NCBI RefSeq assembly: GCF_009914755.1
Contig: NC_060926.1
Direction: 5' to 3' (one strand)
Length of the DNA stretch: 64,000 nt
Origin: the human T2T-CHM13v2.0 reference genome, Homo sapiens
The translations under genes and the position numbers were made by a program. Under the pieces are notes generated by a model. That model worked only from the letters and a program-made list of their open reading frames with translations. It was not told where the DNA came from and did not search any database. Below, piece by piece: positions 43,770 to 57,407 of the stretch (the first letter of the stretch is position 1; every line of letters begins with the position of its first letter).

Positions 43770-45747
43770 GATTACTACAGCTTTGTAGTATATTTTAAAC
43801 TCGTGTTATGTAATGCCTTCAGCTTTGTTCTTTTTGCTCAGATTGCTTTGACTATACAAATTATTTTGTGGTCCCATATACATTTTAGGATTTTTTTTTA
43901 CATTTCTGTGAAAAAGTGTAATTGGTATTTTGCTACGGATTGCATTGAATCTGTAAATTATTTTGGGTAGGTTTGTCATTTTAACAATATTTATTTTAAT
44001 TCATGGGCATGGAATATCTTTCTAATTTTGTGTCCACTTTAATTTCTTTCATCAGTGTTTTATTTATTTTTTTTGCATAGATCTTTCACTTCTTTAGTTA
44101 AATTGATTCTTAGGTATTTTATGTTCTTTGTAGCTATATTGTAAATGAGATTGCTATCTTTGTTTTTATGATTGTTCACTGTTGGTGTACATAAATGCTA
44201 TTGAGTGTGATACTGGCATAAAAATGAACATATAGATCAATGGAACAGACTAGAGAATCCAGATACAAATCTATACATTTGTAGTGAACTTATTTTTCAC
44301 AAAGTTGCCAATAACATACAATAGGATAAGAACAGCATCTTAAACAAATGATGCTGGGAAAGTGGATTTGTAGAAGAATAAAACTATACTCTCTCTTTCA
44401 TCATATATATAAAATCAAACCAAACTGCATTAAAGACTTAAATCTAAGACCAGAAACTATGAAACAACTAGAAGAAAACATTGGGTATGCTCCAGGGTAA
44501 AGATATTTTGTGTAAGACCTTAAAAGCACAGGCAACAAAAGCAAAAATAGACAATGGGTTTTACATCAAACTAAACATCTTCTGCACAGCAAAGGAAATA
44601 ATCAACAAAAGGAAAATAAAACCCACAGAATGGGAACAAATATTGCAAACTACCCCTCTGACAAGGGATTAATAACCAGAATATGTAAGGAGCTCAAGCA
44701 ACTCGATAGCAAACAAAACAAAACACCAATAATAATAATAATAATCATCATCATCTTATTTAAAAATGGGCAAATATCTGAATAGACATTTTAAATACAT
44801 ACAAATGACCAACAGGTATTTGAAAAGATGTTCAACATCACTAGCAGTCAGAGAAATGCAAGTCAAAACCATAATGAGATGACATCTCACCCCAGTTAAA
44901 ATGGCTTATATCTAAAAGACAGGCAATAACAAATGCTGACAAGGATGTGGAGAAAAAGGAACCATGGTACACTGTTGATGGGAATGCAAATTAGTACTAC
45001 CACTATGGAGAACAGTTCGGGGGTTCCTCAAAAAACTAAAACTTTAGCTACCATATGATCCAGTAATTCTACTGCTGAGTACATATTTAAATGAAAGGAA
45101 ATCAATTTACTGAGATATTTGCACTTCCATGTTTATTGCAGCACTATTCACAATAGCCACAATTTGCAATCAACCTAAGTATCCATCAACAGACAAATGG
45201 ATAAAGAATATGTGGTATATATACACAATGGAATATTATTCAGCCATACAACAGAATAAAATCTTGTCATATGTAGCAATGTGGGTGGAACTGGAGAACA
45301 TTATGTTAAATGACATTAGCCAAGTGCAGAAAGGCAAGTATCACATGTTCTTACTCATGTGTTGGAGCCAAAAAAGTAAATTTCCCTTAAGATAGTATAT
45401 TGGTGATTACTAGGGGCCAGGAAGGATAGGGGCGAGGGGAGAATAAAGAGAGTTTGATTAATGTGTACAAATATACAGCTAGGTTGAAGAAATAAGAACT
45501 AGCATTTGATAGATCAGTAGGGTGACTAAACTTAACATTATTCTATTGTACATTTCAAAATAGCTAGAAGAGAATAATTTGCATGCTCTTAGCATAAACA
45601 AGAGATATTTAAGATGATAGATACTCCAATTGCCCTGATTTGATCTTTCTACGTTATATGAATGTATCTACATGTACATATATTCTGTACATATTTTGGG
45701 GGTACAAATACTATTGAGAATAGTAATTTAAAAAGAAACTTTAAAAA
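43770..45747 (+). mobile_element. L1MA5-like LINE-1 with 5' inversion (minus 43770-44204, plus 44205-45747)
   Basis: Strand switch at 44204/44205; ORF 45129-45395 FIAALFTIA...KWIKNMWYIYTMEYYSA; 3'UTR gatagatcagtagggtgact; degenerate TSD agaatttaagtatt/ataattttagcatt. Confidence 0.85.
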
Positions 45748-48336
45748 ATAATTTTAGCATTAAAGTTAATTATTTTAATGCTTTAATATTATTTAAATAA
45801 AGTTATTATTTTAATAACTTTAATTTGTAAAGTAAAATTGCAAATTTGAAATGATGGATGATTATTAACTCTTAGCACTACAGATTGAATATTTACCTCA
45901 GAGGTTCATGACATCATTCCAGCAATGAATATCTCAAATTGCCCATAATATTTTATAGAATCTGAAACTTATTTAACACATTTTCTCAAAACTATAAGCA
46001 GAACATATTATTTTGAAACTTTTTCTATAAGTAGTAAACATTTTAAGGTTTGGCTCATAAAAAATGTCTTTGACTTCAAAAGGCAGAGCTAAGATTTTTA
46101 TTCCTCTTCATATTTTGCTCTCAACATTACAACCATGTTGACTTGCCCACAGTTACCACAGTGCCTGCACAATTCCAAAAGGCACAAGCAACCAGCATGT
46201 GGTGTTTGGCTGTAGGAGAGCACAAGACATATCATGACGAGTGTGTTAAGGAAATGGGATTGCCACAATATTAAAGAAAAAGTTTATTACAGATAATTGC
46301 TTGCTCTGTTTATGCTTTTTCTGTAGAACTAGGATAAGCAATTTAGGTTACAGAGATTTATAACAGTTTTCATGAAGATGTATGAAATCCCAAACTTGCA
46401 AGCTTTTTTAATCCACCTATAAATCATTTTATACATTTAATTTCTTCCTGTATAAATTTTATGAGACCATACACAGGCAAAAAGTTTAAATTACTACGTG
46501 CTTTCTGAAGAGGGAGTTTTCTCTGGGATTTTTTTCCCCCACATGTTCCCTATCTAATACATGATATAAATTTTGAGTTCAGTTGTAAATAGTTTTTAAA
46601 AATACTGTTTTATTGCTCAAACATTTGCAACCCTGTAAGGTATGAGACAAAATCTAGTTTTACGATAGAACTACCTCAAAGCTGGGTTTGTCTACACTAA
46701 ATGAGAGACATGTCTCATAAATCTCAAGAATAACAAGTTCTAATCCCGCATCAGAACAGTATATTATTATTCAGAGGATTTGATCTAGAAATGGGATTAA
46801 CTTGACTTTTAACCAGAGGTGCTTGAAATGAAGTAATTATTATACCCCTAGTGCTGTGCATAGCTAGAGGTAGAAAACATGGTTTCAATTTACTAGAAAC
46901 TTAGATGGTTTTCCTACTTTGGTTTCCTAAAGGGAAGTCTTAGGATTCTGAGTTACCGTGACAAGTCCTAACTGAGCTCAAGGAGAAACACTCTTAGTCA
47001 GATTCATAGCTGGTATCGTACTCTTTGGAAGCACATTAAGGCCTAGGGAAGTGATATTATTAGTTTACTATTGAGAGTTCCAGTAGTGTTTAACTACATT
47101 CTTCAGAGCTATCTAACATATTATCTGACTTGACATGAAATGGGACAATGTGTGCAAAACACAGGCTCTTACTTAGCTCCTGCTGTGATGCAGGGGATGA
47201 GGAGGTGATGATAGGCTTGATGAAATATAGCATATATATTTCTAATTCTTTTTCAAGCAGATATTTTAACTTCCTCTTTGACAAAACATATTAATAATTG
47301 GGTTAAGACAGAGAATAAAATGTGAACTCCTTGGGAAACCTCATGGATTTTGCTCGTCTTCAAGGTAATGAATCTAGTGCACGTGGTTTTGTTCAGGTGG
47401 GCTCATTGAAACGGGACTTTGATTTATTTAGCTTGTGTCTTATGTTTTCCCCAACAATGAGACTTTCTTTGGAAAATGCAATTTCCTTTTGGCACAGTTT
47501 CAACTCTTTATAAGGGATCTGTCTCTATTCATTTCTTCTACTTTTTCTTTAGGGAAACAGAGCTTTTGCACTGTAAACACTTTAATTTGTGAAGAGTAGC
47601 ATGTCTGTTCACACAGATACACACATCACAAAAGCACCGACTTTTGTATCTGACTGCACTAAGGAAAAAAGTCATTATGTATAAATATTAAAATAACTCT
47701 ATTGCCAGTGCAGTGAAACCTTTAAAAAATAAGATTTTTATCTGTCTCTGCTTTAAATAGATAAGTTCAATCAAATATACCTGGTTGGAATATAAATCTT
47801 TAATTTTAAGATATCATTTGAGAATGATTTATGACAAAGGAGACCTTTTGTTATCTCTGCCTGCAATGTTTCCCCACATGTAAATTATTTAATTAATTAG
47901 ATTGATATTGACAAAGCTCTTCCTAGAAGTATAGCACATCTGTGCCTTGGAATATTAAGCCTTATTAAGTCTACCTCTGAAAATATGAAGTGACACTGAC
48001 TATTATTCATAACGTAATAAAGTCTAGTTCATTACAGTGGTCAATAAAAATTTCAGAAACTCCTTTTAAAAAGTAAATATTAGATTTAATTCATGAGCAT
48101 GTACACATGCACACGTGTATATATGTATTTGTGTCCAATTTTAAGGAAACTTCTATGCTTACATTCTCCAGGATTAGGCACTTGCAGAGGACCAGAAGCT
48201 TAGCAATTTGGTTAGTTATAAAGCTTTTTTGAGGAAACCATTTAATCGCTCTTAGCATTATCTAGAAAATGAGGATGTCAGTTAGTTCTTAAGTTTCCTT
48301 TGGTTTCCAAAATTCTAGGAAGCTATTTACTTTAAA

Positions 48337-48502
48337 GCAGCGGTTCTTCAAGTTTAGTATGCATCAGAATCCTGAAGATAGCTGGTCCCTACCCCCAGAA
48401 TTTCTGATTGAGTATATCCTGAGTGAGGCCAGAGAATTGCATTTTAACCAGCTTCAAAGTGGTACTGATGTAGATTCTGGGACCACATTTGGAACCAGTA
48501 CC
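48337..48502. mobile_element. MER5A MITE
   Basis: cagcggttcttcaagtttagtatgcatcagaatc...ccccagaatttctgatt...gggaccacatttggaacc. Confidence 0.82.
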
Positions 48503-49571
48503 AGAAGGATCTGAACAAAGTGTTAACACAGATTTTTTATAATTTTGAGGTTAATGGCATGTGAATTTATCTGATTTTAACACTAAAGGATATTTCTTCT
48601 ATCCTAAATTTTGTGGGCCCCACAAATGAGCAATATTTACAAACTAAGTGTATCTTTTAAAAGAGTTTCTCCCTTATAATGCTCTGATTGTGTAACTGAG
48701 GATTCATCTATACATGCTTAATACACTGGTAGAAATTATATTTAAATGAAGATCCAAATAAAGGTAAGTAGACAAATGTCTAGGTAAGGAAATAGACAAG
48801 AGATTCTTCATATAATTGTTAAATATACTAGAGACTCTAAGGTAATTTTAATGTTATGTAAAAGACTATAAAAAACATTAGTTAGTTAAGTGCCTCTTCA
48901 TTATTGAAATTCAGGTTACCTGTCGGGACACTCAAATGCAAGTAGTTAGTTACCTGTGCTAAAATGGTACCATTGTTGGCTATCAACTTGCATTTTAAAG
49001 CAATAAGTTAACAAAATTGCATTATGTTTATTGTTGTCATCAAAATATAACTGGCAACATTAATCTTCTAGAATTTAATTTCACTTGGGTTTTAATTCCA
49101 TTCCCCATTGCCACAGGGATTTATTGGATTTTTTTCATACTCAACTTTATAGAGTTTATGTATGAGAAAATGATACGCCACAGTACTGAAGTAATTTTCT
49201 AGTTGATAGTTTTAGTGTCATCCTCTTATTTTCCAGTATTTTACATACAATAAAAGCTCTATGCTACTAAATTTTGACTTGGTTTAACACAAACATGATG
49301 CTTATAGTATTTCCCTAAAAAGATAATCAATTCAGCTAACAACAATACCACCACCATCAACAGTAACAAAAATACTTCCCAATGATATGCTAATATCTTA
49401 TTAGAAACAATAGCATTAACTGATCTAAATTTAACTCATTAATTTTGGCTATGGCATTACAGTACTTTGGTTGATTTAGAGAAAAGACTCTAATCGCACA
49501 AAGAACCAAATTTTAACACTGTGAGAATCAGTTTTTAAATTCATAACAATTCTGTTTCAAGATGCTGTTTC

Positions 49572-50735
49572 ATTTCAATTCATAAGAAATTTACTGAGCA
49601 TATGCATTCTGTTAGACCTTGAAATACAAAATTAGATTTGGTGTCCTGGATGCCCCCGCCCCCAAATTACAATGTAGCAGTTAAAAGACGATGAAATCAT
49701 GGGAATTTGGTGATAACATTAAGCAACAGAACTGTTTATACAATATGGTAGAGAGATATCTTGGAGAAGAGATTTTCTGGGAGTGAGAGCTGCATGCCTC
49801 ACAAAGGGAATAATATTTGAACATGTTTGTCAATAATTATTAGTTTTGACAAAAGTCATAGAAAGGTACTCTAGGGAGAGGAAATTTGCATACATAATCA
49901 CACTGTCATAAAGACAACACACATGTTCAGGGAACTACAGTTGTGGTAGTGATGGAGGATGTGATGAGTGTCAAGATAAAGATAAGAACCATGTCAGGAA
50001 GGGCCTTTCCTGTCTTGCTACGGAGTTTATTATGAAAAGAGAATCCACTGAAAGGTTTGAAGCAGGTGCATTTGAAGTGGGCCATTTTGAAAAATAACTC
50101 AATAATACACAGAATAAATTGTACAGCAGTGATCCTGGGGGTTAGCAAGTCTGTTAAGGAGACTTTTCAGAAAACCATTAGAACAACAATTAGCATTTGA
50201 TCAAATACAATGAAAAATAAAGAGAACAAAGATATCTAAAATATTAAGAAATCTGTTAGCTAATCAGATACAGTAGGCAAAGAATCGTATTATGCACCAC
50301 ACAGCTATTTTCCTTATGTAACCAAGTGAATATTGATGCCAATGTCTGAGGTACTTAATAGAGGTAAAGGGATAAACTAAAGACAGTTTATTTTCATATG
50401 ATTGGTTATACGGAATCTAGGGTTCCGTGCAACAGCCAACTTAAAATATCTAATAGACAGGTGGATACATAGGGGTAAATCACAGGAGGAAACTGGGATC
50501 AAAGGTGAACATATGATCTTCATCAAAATTTTGTAAATAAAACATGAATACGTGAAGGGAAGTAAATTAACAAGAGAATATAGACAAGAACAGAACCCTG
50601 GGGGTACCAGCATTTAAAGCGTAGGCAGAATTATACGCATCTCGAAAGAGAATTAAAAAAGAGCATCCAAAGAGGTATCAGAGAAAAAGAAAAGCCAAGA
50701 CTGAAATTTTTTTGAATAAAATAAAAGTCAAGATA
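49572..50735 (-). mobile_element. L2 LINE fragment
   Basis: ttcaattcataagaaatttactgagca tail; gaatccactgaaaggtttgaagcagg; gaacagaaccctgggggtaccagcatttaaag. Confidence 0.75.
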
Positions 50736-50747
50736 AATGCTTTTTAA

Positions 50748-51252
50748 TGCCACTTTCTGGACAGTTGTCTGGGGGGACTTGCACCAACCTAGTTCTCCCC
50801 CTTTTGTCATGTGCAGCTTCTCAAGAATAATTTCATAATGTGCTAGGAATGCAACATCCTGAGATAGGGGGTGACTGGCCAGAACGGCGCTGGTTTTTGT
50901 TTCAGTCCCTACTGGAATGCAATGTTCTTCAGTGATTTAGCACAGTGATTCCTGTTGTCCTGGGGTATAAAGCCCAAGGTGGGCTGCTTTGCAGAACTCC
51001 TCAACTGTGGCGCAAGTGGGGCACATGTAAACAAGATTTTCGTAACTTGGGCAGCTTTCTTGAGACTTGGAGGATTGGATTAACATGAATCCTAAGCTTC
51101 TACCCCTTACTGTATATCTGTGAATCATAAGATTTCTTCATTTAATTTGTACATGGTTTGTATCACCAGATTAATGCAAAGTAGTACAAGACATTGAAGC
51201 CCAAGCTGCATGGGCTAAAATGGTAACCGGTGCACAGTGAATCTCTTTCACA
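50748..51252 (+). mobile_element. LTR47-family solo LTR (ERVL)
   Basis: tagttctccccc...ctcaagaataa...tgtgctaggaatgcaacatcctgagata...ggggtataaagccc...gtgcacagtgaatctctttcaca; TG...CA ends. Confidence 0.75.
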
Positions 51253-51255
51253 CCA

Positions 51256-51985
<730 letters not shown>

Positions 51986-51989
51986 AGAA

Positions 51990-52375
51990 GTTCTCATCTT
52001 ACTTGGCATGTGAGGAATAATTGATGCTGGTGACCATTTTCTCCCTGAAACACTACTTCCTTTAAGTTCCCTGATACACTCTTGTCATTTTCCATCTAAC
52101 TTTCTGCACTCTTGTTCTCAGTCACTTTGCCATGTCATCCTCCTTTACATAGCCTCAAAATCAGTCTTCACTATGTCATCTCCCTGAATAATCTCATGTA
52201 CTCCCATGGCTCTTATTGGCTTCTACATCACGATCATACAGCCTTCCATACACTTATCTCTAGTCCACACTTTGCTTCTGAGTTCCAGACACAGTTATCC
52301 AACTGCCAACTTGGCAGCTCCCTTTAAAAATATCTTTTATTTCAGATTGAACATATGCAAAATAAAGCCTTGAGC
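51990..52375 (+). mobile_element. L2 internal (ORF2) fragment
   Basis: ttctcatcttactt...tgaccattttctccctgaaacact...tctgagttccagac...atccaactgccaactt. Confidence 0.7.
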
Positions 52376-54020
52376 TTTTGTGTAAAATCTGGTTCCTAGA
52401 AACTACTACTTATCTCAAGGGAGGCCCAGCCATTGAAGCAGACTTGCAACTTAGATATAGGGCACCCATTCCTGAGCCTACCACATTCCTCAACTCACTA
52501 TCTAAGATTTGCAGGGTAATTCATGGTAAAAGTAGTTTGAAGTACTTGTCCCTCTACTTTCCTTTTCTGCCATTTCAAGCAAGACTCTTATTTCATCCCT
52601 TAGGGATGTTTGCTCTAGGACTGAGAATTTTCTCTAAAATGCTGTCTCTTTCGGTCCTTGATAGCAGTCTAGATGTGGTTTCAGACTAGAGTTAAAATCT
52701 TTTGAGTGTGGAAAAAAGAAGCCCCAGGAGATGGCCAGCCTGAAAGTAGATGGCCTTATGCTGGCCCAGAGAAGGGTAGATTTTAGGAAGGAAGTGGGAC
52801 CCTACGTAATCTACAAAAGCAGGAGGCGGCACCCTAGGCTTCAACCACGAGGGTGAAGAATGAGCTTTGAGGATAGGTATTAGAACTATTTCTGAACACA
52901 CATTTATTTTTGGTGTGATTTTTAGTCTACAAATTTAATCATGCAAGGAGTAACATCTCTGTGTTAGCATACACCCTCACACAGATTGCCTCAAAGTTCA
53001 AGAGATTTATGCTGTAGCTCCTATAATGGGGAAAGGGACCCTAATCTTCAGTTTTTCCTCATCAAGTTTCACTTTCTCATTGCACTCAATTTTGTCAACC
53101 ACTTTTGTTTAAGGTTCTCAAAAATAGAGACAGAATACTTGTATGGACCTGAAATGTGCCAACAAATGAGTATCTTATTCTAGGAACACTCCTGAAAACA
53201 TCATCCATTAAAGTGAGTTATCGTGGTTTTATTTTCATTTTGTGAGACTTCTCTGGAAGATAAATTGGCCTACATGTCCTAGATGAGTACATTTGGTTAT
53301 GGGTATATAAGGGGAGTTTCTTAATGCAAGAAAAGCTAGGTTATAAAAATATTTTTGTACTCTAATTTGAAGGCCCAGATATAATCAGTCTTGAAATATT
53401 TATATCCCCCTAGTATCTGAGCGACCCAACCATCTGTCACTGAACACAGTCCTGAAATAATAATAAACTAATGCTGGTACAGGAGAACTTGTATGTTTAA
53501 AGGTCCTTTTACTGAAGCATTATTTCTACTTGAGAGTTTTGGGAAACTAGAAGTCTGATTACATGTTATATATCTCTTCATTTTTTTTTAAATGAGTATT
53601 TAAATTTTAATAACCCAGAACCAGAATCATGGGACAATCTTGATAATTTCTGTCACTATCTATGTGACCTAGAGTAAATCATCTAATTACATAAATTTTA
53701 GTTTTATCTGTTAAGTGGTAACTGATCTCAGAGATCTAAGTTTCACCATTTTAAGATGAGAAGTACATATGTATGTATATATACACATACATACGTATAC
53801 ATTTTCTTCTCTATTGCTTCATTTAGGTATGGTATATATTAGAAGAGTAAGTTCTATTTTGAGGAAAATAAGTCAAAGTTGCTCTATGCGAAGACTATGT
53901 GTGTGTTTACTAACCTCCTTATATGTGTAAGAATGCGTGTGGCTAGTGCAGCCTTTTTTTTCCTAAAAAAAAAACTGTGTCATCATTTTTCTATCTATTG
54001 ATACATTAAAAATCACCCCA

Positions 54021-54318
54021 GGCTGGGTGCGGTGGCTCACGCCTGTAATCCCAGCACTTTGGGAGGCTGAGGCGGGGGGATCATGAGGCCAGGAGATCGA
54101 GACCATCCTGGCTATCACGGTGAAACCCCGTCTCTACTAAAATTACAAAAATTAGCTGGGTGTGGTGGCACACACCTGTAGTTCCAGCTACTCAGGAAGC
54201 TGAGGCAGGAGAATCACTTGAACCCAGAAGGCAGAGGCTGCAGTGAGCTGAGATCGTGCCACTGCATTTCTGCATTTCCAGCCTGGGCGACAGAGTGAGA
54301 CTCCATTAAAAAAAAAAA
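54021..54318 (+). mobile_element. AluSc-like
   Basis: Full Alu; gagatcgagaccatcctggc with S-type right arm; internal 8-bp duplication tgcatttc at 54263-54278. Confidence 0.93.
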
Positions 54319-54479
54319 CCCGAAATTACAGGCTTAGAACAGCACCTATAATTTACTTTTACTTTGCTCAATATTCCACAAGTTGGGCAGTGCTTGCCTC
54401 TGTCTCATGTGGCAGTAGCTAGGGCAAATTCACTGAGGCTTGATGATCCACTTCCAAGACTGCAGCCTCATATGGGTGG

Positions 54480-55222
54480 TGACATGGTTTGGCTGTGTCC
54501 CAATCCAAAATCTCATCTTGAATTGTACTCTCGATAATCCCCATAATCTCAATGTGTCAAGGGAGAGATCAGGTGGAGGTAATTGATTCATGGGGGCAGT
54601 TTCCCCCATGCTGTTCTCATGATAGCAAGTGAGTTCTCACAAGATCTGATGGGTTTTTAAATAAATATTTGGTAGTTTCTCCTGCAGTCATTCTCCTTCT
54701 TGCTGCCCTGTGACGAGGGTGCCTTGCTTCCCCTTTGCCTTCTGTCATGATTGTAAGTTCCCTGAGGCCTCCCCAGCTATGCAGAACTGTGAGTCAATTA
54801 AACCTCTTTCTTTTATAAATTACCCAGTCTCGGGCAGTTCTTTATGGTGTGTAAAAACAGACTAATACAGTAAATTGGTACCGAGGTAGTGGGGCACTGT
54901 TATAAAGATACCTGAAAATGTGGAAGAGACTTTGGAACTGGGTAATGGGCAGAAGTTGGAACAGTTTGGAGGGCTCAGAGTAAGCCATGAAGATGTAGGA
55001 AAGTTTGGAACTTCCTAGAGACTTGTTGAATGGTTTTGACCAAAATGCTGATAGTGATGTGGACAATGAAGTCTAAGCTGAGGTGGCTTTAAATGGAGAT
55101 GAAGAACTTCATGGGAACTGGAACTGAGCCATGCTGAACTGCGAGTCAATTAAACCTCTTTCCTTCATAAATTACCCAGTCTCAGGCAGTTCTTTATAGC
55201 AGTGTAAAAACAGACTGATACA
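54480..55222 (+). mobile_element. THE1D provirus with internal deletion: 5'LTR 54480-54869, int 54870-~55127, 3'LTR remnant ~55128-55222
   Basis: tgacatggtttggctgtgtccc...gactaataca|gtaaattggtacc (int start)...ccatgctgaactgcgagtcaattaaacc...gactgataca; TSD ggtgg/gatgg. Confidence 0.92.
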
Positions 55223-57407
55223 GATGGTGAGTTGGTGTTGGCTGTTCATTGGAAATCTAGTTGAGACTATCAGCTGGAGGCTTTGGTTCTTCACCATGTG
55301 GGACTCTCCAGGAACTGTTTGGCTTCCTCACAACATGGATTCTAAGGGTGAGTATTCCAAAGGTAACAGTGTTCTGAGAAGCAAGCATCTCTTTGTCCCA
55401 GGCAGAAGCTGCAAGGCTTCTTGTGACCGGGTGTCAGGAACTCCAGAAAGTCATTTTTCACCACAATCTCTTGGTGAATGAAGCAAGTCACAAAATTAGC
55501 CAAATTTAAGAGGAGTGAAGTTCAACTCTTTTCAATGGGAGAAGTAGCAAAGAATTTGTGCCCATCTTTAATCTGATACAACCTGTTTTACTTAAGAGTC
55601 TTTACTAGGAACTGCTAACTGAGGTTCCTACTTCAGTTCATATTTTACTCCAGATTTTCTAAGGTGGAGGTAATGGTGATAATTTTCTGTTTCTACTGTT
55701 AAGGGAGATATAAAAATCATTAATTATAGCTCTAAATGATGAGTTGAGAAATAAAATGAGATATACAAAATACAAAGAGCAGTCGAAACCCAAGAAAGTC
55801 TTCAGAAAGGAAGTAACAATGAACTAGCCATTTAAGTGTGATACATTATGCACCCACAGGTTCACCATGTATCCATGTGCAAGTGTACACTATGAACCAT
55901 TGTAAGTGGACTGGAAGAGCCTGAGTTATTGGGTAGAATAGGGCCAAATTCATTCCAGGCACATACATGGTCAAAGCAGGGTGGTCAAAGGCATGCAACC
56001 ATGAAAAGAAGCAGTTGAGTTCAGAGGCAGGTGAATATTTGCGTATGGCTAAACAATATTGCACAGATTAATTTAGGAAATTAGGACCTGAGGTGCCACT
56101 TGAAGCAATGTAGCAAAAATATTTTTGGTTTAATATTAATAAATTTGATTTTTTTCCCAAATATTTTCCCTTTATCCTTCACCCATTCAAGAAAGAATTA
56201 GTGTGTTCTTACCTCCAAGAAGTGTTATGGCAACATAGAAAGCAAAGATAGCTGGGTTTGAGAATAAACACGTTTCCTTTCTTTGGGGTAGAATATAAGT
56301 ACTAAATAATAATAACTCAAACAGAAGGTGCAGAGAAAGAAGCTAATAAGTAATTCTTTGTTACTCCCTATAAAATCTGCAAAATGTCATATTAGACTAG
56401 CCAATTTATTTTCACCTATATTATTTATTAGTATTATTTTTATTTAGGCTTCAGCATAGAGAGAAGAAGAAATGATCTTACACCTACTTTCTTCATTTCT
56501 ACTCAGCTTATGGAAATGCAGCAGACTACTCTGTGCACTTTAACTAAAATAGTCCTGCTGAGAAAGGCACTTCCCAGACTGGGATTTCATCTTTCATGCA
56601 GACCGCAGACACATTGTATAAGTAATGCATACATTACTCCTGCCTGGATAGGGTGATCTTTCACTTGTAAGGCTGCCTCTCCAAGAAGCCATTGTAGCTT
56701 CACTTGTAGTTATGCTCTTCTAATTTTTGAAAAGGTTAGCACAGCTTTATCATTAATAGCCACTTGATCATTGCAGAGATTAACAAGTCATGTTGGAGAC
56801 ATTAGTCAAGGAAGCTGAGGAATCCATCATGAGGTCTTTACATCCCCCCAGACTGTGCAGTAGCACATTGATGGGCATTTTCATGCTGCTATCTCTAAAT
56901 TGCATGCGGGAATTGAAAGGGTATGTTTATTAGATATGAACCCATTGGTTTTTAATCAAATTTAGAGGGCTGCAAACAGAGCTATCTACCAATCTTTAGC
57001 TTTTGCTGACAGTAATGGATTTATCATTCTCCCCATGACATTCCTCATAGGATAGTCACACCATTTTCTATTAGATCCCCGAAAGGCTCTGTGATGATCT
57101 AGGGAACCAGTAACCTAGCATGGCAAAGGCAGAGCTCCTGAATTAATGCCTGATTGTAATTTAAGCAACATCGACCCAGCAAAAGGGAAAGATACATAAT
57201 GAATATTGTAGAGATTATTTCAGAAGGCTGGTGTTACAATAAATAAAATACAGTGAGAGAAATAATAAACTGCACCACTGAAAAACACACCACTCTCTCA
57301 AGATTCTCAACTTAATAAAAATTTCCCAGATTCCCCTCACTGCCATTGAACTTAAATATGTTTCAATACCCAAGATTTACCCATGCTTCAATAACTGTAG
57401 TAGAGAG

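Larger units (their letters stand above)
53985..55580 (-). mobile_element. MLT1F/G/H-like MaLR LTR hosting an Alu and a THE1D provirus
   Basis: gatccacttccaagactg [THE1D] gttggtgttggctgtt...gaagctgcaaggcttcttgtgacc...agcaaagaatttgtgcccatctttaatctgataca. Confidence 0.8.

Noticed and set aside
46145-46270. RUNX-like sites (accaca, tgtggt)
   Set aside because: Only two perfect hexamers; not distinguishable from background.
46704-46717. Perfect p53 half-site AGACATGTCT within palindrome gagacatgtctc
   Set aside because: Only one decamer, with no adjacent second half-site.
52724-52735. CTCF-like CCAGGAGATGGC, and a similar cagtaggggggc near 2123
   Set aside because: Mismatches in the core; such partial matches are expected by chance in 64 kb.
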